The notes under the pieces are model-generated. The model had not been told where the DNA came from. It was given only the letters and a program-made list of their open reading frames with translations, and searched no databases. Shown here piece after piece: positions 21,450-28,894 of a DNA stretch of 28,894 nt. Source of the stretch: Plasmodiophora brassicae (taxonomy: Eukaryota); NCBI GenBank assembly GCA_036867785.1, contig CP145419.1:1178001-1206894 (forward strand). The letters are read 5' to 3'. The translations under genes and the position numbers were made by a program. Numbering within the stretch: the first letter of the stretch is position 1; every line of letters begins with the position of its first letter.

Positions 21450-22750
21450 CGCCCCGACGTCGGTGCCGCCGGACGGCGACACGTGTCAACGCGGCCACCA
21501 CATCCTCAATACGGCCTGCTGGACGCCAGGTGATTCTGCGAGATCGCACTGCGCCTTGGGGATGTGTTCGTGTCATCGCCTGCTGCACAGGCACCCAGGC
21601 CTTCTGACGCGCTGGACCTCACAAGTCTGCCATCTCCTGCCGTCGAAGCGGGACGGGTACAACGTGGCGCAGGCCAGGCGATGCACTCGTCGTCCGACGA
21701 TTGCTACGACTTGGCATGCCGCGCCCCAGCCGTGCACCACGGGACGATGGCTGGCTGACCAGGCAGGCGCCGATCTCCCTGTCTGCGCGTCGAGCGGCGC
21801 CTACCTGCCTGCATTGTGCTCGGCATTGCATGTCGTGACTATTCGAAGCCTCGAGGCGCCTGCTCGCCCTACCTGCAATCTACTGCGACATCATCTCGTT
21901 TGCCTGCCTCGCGTGCGACAACGTCGCCGCCGACCAGCCGCACGGCTCAACGGACACACGGCGACCACAACGCGCCGCTGCTGGACTCCTGCCGACACGC
22001 CCGACACGTCTGGGCGACCGGCCTGCACAGGTACGAGCCGTCGCCTGATGCACATCCCCGGGCCTCTAACATTTGCTGGACAGGATGCGACGACGGATCA
22101 GCGACCGGCATCCCGACGAACGCTGCCGGTCGGCAACGACGTCAACAGCGACGTCGTACTCTGTCGCCCGAACTCGGTTGTGTTCGGCACCGCTCGGCGC
22201 GGGTCGTCGATGCCCTGACGCGTCCAACTATAATGCCTGCTCCCACGCCGACGGACGCACAACGACCTCAACGGGTCCTACTGGACGCCAGCCGACCGCC
22301 GTGCACCTGGATGGGTACGTCTCGTCGCGTCATGCACCGACCCCAGGACTTTAACATGTTCGAGACAGGACACACGCCTACCGTTATATGTCCAGCGTAG
22401 TCGTCCTGCCGAGGCGACGCGTGGCAAGTGTCGCGCACCGGCCTGTTTCTCAGCTGAGGAGGCGCCCTGGACGTCCGTCCACTGCCGTAATCGTGCGCCC
22501 GCGCCCCTGTCCCTGCACCCTGTGCCGATGGCGATCCCACCAACCAGCCACGCCTCCGAACGCCTCGTCTGCATGCAGAGCGGCGCCTGCCTTCCCTTCA
22601 GGTCTTTCAGCATTTCAGCGTCGACCAGGTCTCGTTGCCGCCGCTCGACATGCGAACGCCTGCCTGCCACATCGGCACAACCACCACCGGTCAATACAAG
22701 CGGACCTGGACGTCCGCCTTCGCTCGATGGATGTCTACAGTACCAGACCC
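21450..22750 (+). pseudogene. decayed ankyrin-repeat gene
   Basis: Frame-hopping ankyrin motifs: AARLNGHTATT/PLLDS/ADTPDTSGR/TGLH, QAGADLP, and VLLDAS/PTAVHL. Internal DNA repeats. Confidence 0.5.
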
Positions 22751-22929
22751 ATGTGTGGACTGGGCACGGTACACACCGCCTCGCACCAGCAGCAAGCAGC
22801 ATGTTGGAGACCCGCTCCAGATCGGCGTCGTGCCGCACAACCAGGTCGACCGCCGGCGACCTGGGTCGGCGACGGGCGCCGTGCCCCTGCAGTACTGATT
22901 GCAGTGAACGCTGTCGTTCGGCGCCTGCT

Positions 22930-23860
22930 GTCGCCAGGACGACCGGCAGCGGCGGTCTACGCTCGTCTTTGCGTCGTATACATGTATTGAACGGTTCAGG
23001 TTGTGCCGATGTTCCGGAAGCAATGACGACGGATCTTCGACGGCAGGCGGGCGATTGCATGTCGACCGGCGGCATCGGGCGCTGGGCGCTGCCGCCGTGC
23101 TGGATGACCTGCAGGACAGACAGGCGACGCTTGCCAGACAGACGGGAACCTCGGCGATGCCCTCGGTTGGTCGGCCCGCCATCGAGGCATGGTGCAGGTC
23201 AGAGTCGCGCGGGAATATCGCAGCGATCGGCGAATGGCCAGGGCGCCGCCTCAGTTGACGAGCAGGTCGGCGCGCCGCTGCTGCCCTGCAGGTGCTCACG
23301 CTCGACAGACGATGGCAGGCGGCGGCAGTCGTATCCTGTTCCAGCACGTTAGACGGAGGGGCGTCGGTGAATCAGACGACGGCACGTACCTATGCTGGAG
23401 GTGAAGCGTGTTCACCTAGATGTGTCGTGCACGTCGGCAGGCGTCCGGCAGGACGCGTTGTGGTCGGCATGAGCCCCTTGGCCCGTGCTGCTGGTAGGCG
23501 ACGACGTCGGCGCGCTAGGTCATCGAAAGCACCGAGTGTGCGATGCCGAATAATACGACATGTCGGGCGCCCGTATACGACGAGGCAGTGGGCGGGGTTG
23601 GCGACCGACAAAGTGGTCGGGTCGTCGCCAGCGTCGACGGCGTCCAGCACGAAGTCGGCGGCCGCTTCACGTTGAGCGGCGCCGACCTTGACGTCGACGT
23701 AGACCGCCCTCCATCCGGCATGGCACACTGCGACATCATGCAGGAGGCGTCGGAGGTCGGCGCATGCAATATCGCGTCGCGTGCACCGCACCACCCCCCG
23801 GTCAGGCGACCGCCCGCCGCGCGGCATCTGGCCTGCGACGATGGTGAGTTCTCCGTTGCC
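22930..23860 (-). pseudogene. decayed Skp1/POZ-like + ankyrin gene relic, copy B
   Basis: RSPDRGVV..CADLRRLLHDV..VDVKVGAAQREAAADFV..TTLSVANPAHCLVVYG, then RVLPDA/ADVHDTS/NTLHL. Homologous to copy A and to the inverted 21950-22710 region. Confidence 0.5.
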
Positions 23861-23919
23861 TGACGGCGGGGTGCCTGTGTAGTGCCTGAATGTGTGTGTC
23901 TGTGTATATTGATGACGGA

Positions 23920-26404
23920 TCAACTGATCTGCGCAGGGCCTTCAATGCGATCAACAACGACCTGGTAGTCGGTGTCGGCAACGACGATGGGTGTTTCGTG
24001 GAAGTACGCCAAGGAATTGTCCCCCACGCGAAGATCAGGGGAGACCTTCGCGAAATGCTTCTCCTCAATCGATGATGCCAGCGAACTGTAACCCTTCGGG
24101 GCGACGCGATCGCCAGGGTTGCCGGAGGACAACAGCAGGCCCAGGCTGCCGTCCGGCTTGACGCCACACACCAGCATGCCCGCGCTCTGGATACCACGGA
24201 AGTTGCTCGCCTTCAGGTTCGCCAGAACGACGGCCATCTTGTTCAGCAGTTCGTTGGCAGAATAGTGAGCTCGTAATCCCGAAACGATCTGTCGCGTCTC
24301 AGAACCAATATCGACTTGCAGCACAAATAGGTGCTCGGCCGTCTCATGCCTACAGACGACCGCGATGAGTACAGCAACATTGAGAGACACGACTCATAGC
24401 GCACTCTGCGACATGGCGGATGAGACCAGTGACGAGATTGAGTGGGAATATCTTCGCAAACAGCACTTGGGGTTCTCCGATGACATGACCCGAATGAATG
24501 GAATGTCGGAAGTACGGTCCATCACCCCTCAACGACAGGACCGATCGGTCGAAGTTCAGCTGCTTGCAAATTCTGTTACCCGGGTAAGAGATACGGCAAC
24601 AGGGTGCAACCATTGAACAGACCTCTCAACAAGCTCGGGCATGTATGGTTCGAGCATTGTAGCAAGAAGGACAACCGCATTCATAGAGACGTTAATAACT
24701 GAACCGGCGCGCGCTTTGTCTGTAGACTTGTGAGTAAATGCAAACAGGATCACCAAAATTGCGGGTCTGCATACCATCTTTGATAAGGCGCCAAGGAGGA
24801 TTGTCTTGCAAATATTTGTTGCATCGGTGCGAGGCCTGCATAGCTCGCTTTAGCCCGTCTTTTATCTCGACCTAGCGAGGAATTAGAATTTGACGACTCT
24901 TGCCAGCACCAGCCATACCTTCTCCAGGAGAGCAACGAATACCTTTGCGTGCTCTTCCATATCCTTGACGAACGTCTCGTCGTCGGGGGTCAACGTGCAC
25001 TCAGGAACAACGGAATTATAGCTGTTCTTGATAAAGACAAGACCGCGGTTCACGAAGTCGCCTAGATTATTCACTAGGTCATCATTGTTCTTCTGCAGAA
25101 AATCGTCCCAAGAGAACACGGCCTCGTCCGTTTCGGGACGGTTGACGAGAAGGCAGTATCGCCAAACCGACGGCGAGACGCCGGACAGCTGCACACTGTC
25201 ACCGAAAACACCGACTCCCATCGACTTCGAGAACTTGCCGCTCTCGTACTGAAGGTACTCCGTTATGTTGATGTGGTGAAGCATAGTGTACCCTTGATCG
25301 GCCCCGAGAAGAACGGATGGCCAGATGACAGTGTGGAAAGGAATGTTGTCCTTCCCCACGAACTGGACCAGTTCCACTTGTTTCGGATTCCTCCACCAGC
25401 GCTCCCAATCCGGGGTGTACGCAGCAGTAATGGACATGTAGCCAATTGGAGCCTATTCATCAGCAAACACATCAGGACCACGATGCATCCGACAAATACA
25501 CGACTTAGACTGACATCAAACCAGTTGCAAAACATTTTGTCACGGAGCCCATCTTTTGGAACAGGGACTCCCCATTTCAGATCGCGCGTGAGGCATCTGG
25601 ACTTCAAACCAGTTGCGATCCACGCTTTCGTCACTTGCATGGCGTTTTGCGACCAGAGCCCCTTCTCCGCGAGCTGATCGACCCACTTTTCCAGCCGCTC
25701 CCTCATCAACGGAAGATCAAAGAACAGACGATTCGTCTTGCGAACAACTGGCGTCGATTTGTCACTGGCGCAGTACGGGTCTTTAAGGAGAGTCGCCGTC
25801 ATCAGATGCCTACAGTTATCGCACTGGTCACCATGCGCGCCTACGTGACCACAGTCAGGGCAAGTTCCTACACAGCACCGTGAGTATTCCAATCACCAAT
25901 GGCCAGGCGACAAGCGAGCGTACCTCGAACGTAGCGATCAGCCAGGATCATATCGCATTTTGTGCAGAACAGCTGTTCGACTGTGTCCTCGTGAACAATG
26001 CCGTTAGCTTCGCATTCCTTGAAGATTCGCTGGACGATCTCAGTCTGCAGAGGTGTCGACGTCCGTCCGAAAATATCGAACGAGATGCCGAACCATTTAT
26101 AGACCTGGGCATGAACGGCGTGGTACTTGTCGCAAACCGCCCTAGGTGTCAGGTCCTCCTGGATGGCCTTCTGCACCGTTGCGGTCCCGTACTCATCCGT
26201 CCCGCACACGTAGATGACGTGATGCCCGCGGAGCCGGCAGAACCGCGCGTACGCATCGGCGCTCAGCACGCCGCCAATGATGTTGCCGAGATGCGGCACG
26301 TTGTTGACGTACGGGAGCGCCGACGTGATCAGGATGTTGCGCGCACCGTCCGTGGGCAGCACCGGCTCCCGCTGCGCCTCGCCGACACGAGCAGACGGGG
26401 CCAT
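23920..26404 (-). CDS. MARS: cytosolic-type methionyl-tRNA synthetase with C-terminal EMAPII/Trbp111-like tRNA-binding domain (divergent)
   Basis: [21 protein letters not shown] (HIGH), GTDEYGT, Zn knuckle [35 protein letters not shown] and LEPYMP, then [26 protein letters not shown]. The ORF is maintained across short GT-AG introns. TGA at 23920-23922. Confidence 0.93.
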
Positions 26405-26760
26405 TCGAAAAATTTTCGGTGTCCGTGGCTGGGGACTCGATAATAATAGTATAGAGGGCAACCCTTGCGCTAGGGCCAAGGAACTTCTATTTGTATTTGT
26501 CAGATACAGCTAAAGCGTCGTGAATTCGGCGGGAACGGACGTGAATAGGACAGGCTTGACTCGAGTGACAGGATCGGCGGAGTGCGCAGCGTGCACGGCG
26601 GGCGCCATGAACGCGCGCGGTGCTCTATGTCGGCCGCACTGTGCCCGTCTAATGGCGACTGGACACTGCCGGGCGACGATGCAGGCGACGGCGCGTCGGG
26701 ACGCAGCGGCACACGAGCTTCATGCTGGGGTCCAGCGTCGGCTTCCGCCGGTCGCCCGGT

Positions 26761-27173
26761 TGTGCGCTCCCTGGATCCGTGCCAGGCCTCGTGCTGCACC
26801 TGTTGGCGTCATGTCGTCGTCCTCCTGCTCATCATGAGGCGCCTTGTTAAAGAACTTTCTGGCCAACGCCAAGGCTGCCGCTGGCCTCAGCAGCAAGGCA
26901 CAAGGGGCAGAACATCGCTTCAAACGAGCGCCGACCGGCATGATCAGCGGAGACGGGCCGAAATTCCGTTTCTTGGACAGTTTGTGGTCCCGAATGAAAG
27001 AGATTCCGCACAACCCATTTGGGATTGCGGTGATCATGCCGGTCGGCGCTCGTTTAAAGCGATGTTCTGCCCCTGGTTCCTTGCCGCCGATGCCAGCGGC
27101 AGCCTTGGCGTTGGCCAGAAAGTCCTTAATCACTGCAGGTTCAAAGCACACGTCGTTGATCTGACAGTACATG
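26761..27173. repeat. 413-bp dispersed direct repeat, copy 2 (hairpin arms 26850-26946 / 27031-27127)
   Basis: Near-identical to 13184-13596. Confidence 0.95.
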
Positions 27174-27289
27174 AGTAGGGCCGTCTGACAGCTGACAACG
27201 CATGACGCAAGAAGAAATCGGCCCAAAAAAATCGCATTTATGGACCCAGTTTTTTGGGACGTTAAGCCCCTTTGCCGAGCAACGTTGCC

Positions 27290-27604
27290 GCTTTAGCTTT
27301 CGCCCACGCCGGTGGCGGCAGTATGGGACCTGTGGACGACATCGCGCCTCCGGCCGACGGATGCCGTGTCGGCGTGAATCAGTCGCCGACTCCGTGTTGC
27401 GCTGCGACTGACGACGCTGACGATGCAGCCGATCGCCCACGTCCCCTGCCAATCGCCGACGATCCGACGACCAAGCCGGTGGTCGACGCCGCCCACTACA
27501 TCGCCGTACACGGCTTCCCGATACGCCACGATGTTCACCATCGCACCTCGCCGATCGCCGACGACCTGTCGCGACCGCGTGCCCTGCCAGTGTCTGCGCC
27601 GTAA
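27290..27604 (+). pseudogene. Skp1/POZ-like relic, copy C
   Basis: DDPTTKPVVDAAHYIAVHGFP is homologous to DDPTTLSVANAAHCIVVHGRP of copies A and B. Confidence 0.45.
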
Positions 27605-28341
27605 GCCGTTGCACCTCGAGGACAGGTACGAGTCATCGTTTGTTGCACAGTGTCCCAGGCCCTCTGACGCGTTCGACACCGCCCTTACAAGGGGTTGTTT
27701 GCGAGTTTGGGCCACCGTCAGTTGAACATGACGCTATCGTTGGGAAGAGCAGGGAAAATCAGAGGCAGCTGGGATGTTTCCGTTGGCATATGTGCCACCG
27801 TTCCTCTCGTATCGCCAAGAATGTAGCGCGACTGGGCAGATTTCCTGATTTCACTAAGTCAGAACTGAACTCCGTGGGAGTGCGCAAAATGCCGAGTGTG
27901 GACTGTTTTGGCACTTGCGAATCATGGATGGCATCGCCTGGCGTCTCGTTCTCCAGCAAACCTGCGCCCTGATGATCAACCATGGCTAGACCGCACGCTG
28001 CAGCCCTGCCGCATTTCCAGTCATGGTCTGGGCACGATGCGTCGGCGCCTTCAGTACTTCGTTTAGCCGGCGTGACTCACATGGCGAAGGTCGACCCTGA
28101 CAGGTGTCCCGCGTTTCCGTTTGTACTACCTCCACATCTGGCGTGCGTGCCGGCGTCGTTATGAAATCCGTCGGTTTACGACACTGTCCTGATGTAACCG
28201 CTCGGCATTCGGTGTCCAGGTGTCATCCGTGCCCAGCCTGCGCTGCTGTTGATGCACGAGGCCCTGAAGCTGCGCAACCGCACCCACCCGATCGGCCACC
28301 GTGCGGAATGCCATACACTATTATCCAGGCGACGCTGATTT

Positions 28342-28675
28342 AACTTGTCCGGGCATGCCTGCTGTTCACCCTGTGATTTCTCTGTTGCCGTTGCACTAGA
28401 TGCATCTGATTGCATTTCGCCTGCCCTTTCAGTACGTCCGCCGGTTGCCTGTCGAATCGAGACGCGTCTGTTGACCAGTTGGTCGGCGGCGGTGACGGCG
28501 TCCGCTGAGAACTGCTGTGCATCTGCGTGCTGTTCGCCTTCGGGAAATTCCATATTGCTCTGAAACCAGGTGCATCGGACAGCATTTCCAACGCCCTTTC
28601 AGTACGTGTGCCGGTTGCCTGTCGATTCGAGACGCGGCTGTTGACAGTTGGTCGGCGGCGGTGACGGCGTCCGCT
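28342..28675. repeat. telomere-adjacent ~170-bp tandem repeat, last copy truncated
   Basis: gccctttcagtacgt..gtgacggcgtccgct occurs at 28423 and 28593 (period 170). A weaker partial copy starts at ~28342. Confidence 0.9.
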
Positions 28676-28890
28676 TAGGGTTTTAGGGTTTTTTAGGGTT
28701 TTTAGGGTTTTTTAGGGTTTAGGGTTTTTTAGGGTTTTTAGGGTTTTTTTAGGGTTTTAGGGTTTTAGGGTTTTAGGGTTTTAGGGTTTTAGGGTTTTAG
28801 GGTTTTAGGGTTTTAGGGTTTTAGGGTTTTAGGGTTTTAGGGTTTTAGGGTTTTAGGGTTTTAGGGTTTTAGGGTTTTAGGGTTTTAGGG
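28675..28890 (+). repeat. telomere (TTTTAGGG)n
   Basis: G-rich strand runs toward the end. Proximal units vary (T2-T7 AGGG); distal units are regular T4AG3. Confidence 0.99.
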
Positions 28891-28894
28891 AACC

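Noticed and set aside
27222-27258. cccaaaaaa...ttttttggg small hairpin (terminator-like)
   Set aside because: Only a 9-bp low-complexity stem in a eukaryotic context; could be chance.
28675-28890. Chlamydomonas as the source (same telomere unit)
   Set aside because: The ~60-nt introns and very compact intergenic regions do not fit its typically longer introns.
28891-28894. aacc after the telomere as evidence of telomere fusion
   Set aside because: Four bases at the sequence end; most likely an assembly or read-end artefact.
1-28894. CRISPR array, tRNA/rRNA genes, or an intact transposase/reverse transcriptase
   Set aside because: No repeat-spacer array, RNA-gene pattern or catalytic motifs recognised by eye.

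Overview
Eukaryotic, GC-rich chromosome end that terminates in a (TTTTAGGG)n telomere at 28675-28890. Introns are short (about 45-75 nt, GT..AG). The telomere motif plus tiny introns and compact genes suggest a phytomyxid such as Plasmodiophora brassicae (inference, not verified). The first ~12.6 kb is gene-dense: a 5'-partial PA-domain 7TM protein, an intronless bacterial-like atypical SDR, a cryptic frame-broken RGS domain, a multi-intron phosphonoacetate hydrolase (PhnA) with a mitochondrial-type presequence, eIF1A and SPB1/FTSJ3 as a divergent pair, and a dCache + Ig-like + class C GPCR. The distal ~16 kb is a subtelomeric zone. It holds a 413-bp duplicated element with a 97-bp-arm hairpin, two further fold-back arrangements of decayed paralogs, Skp1/POZ-ankyrin gene relics, a pseudogene copy of the GPCR, a candidate secreted effector, a MetRS with many substitutions at conserved sites, and a tandem repeat cut off by telomere addition. 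All domain calls come from motif recognition by eye; no searches were run.
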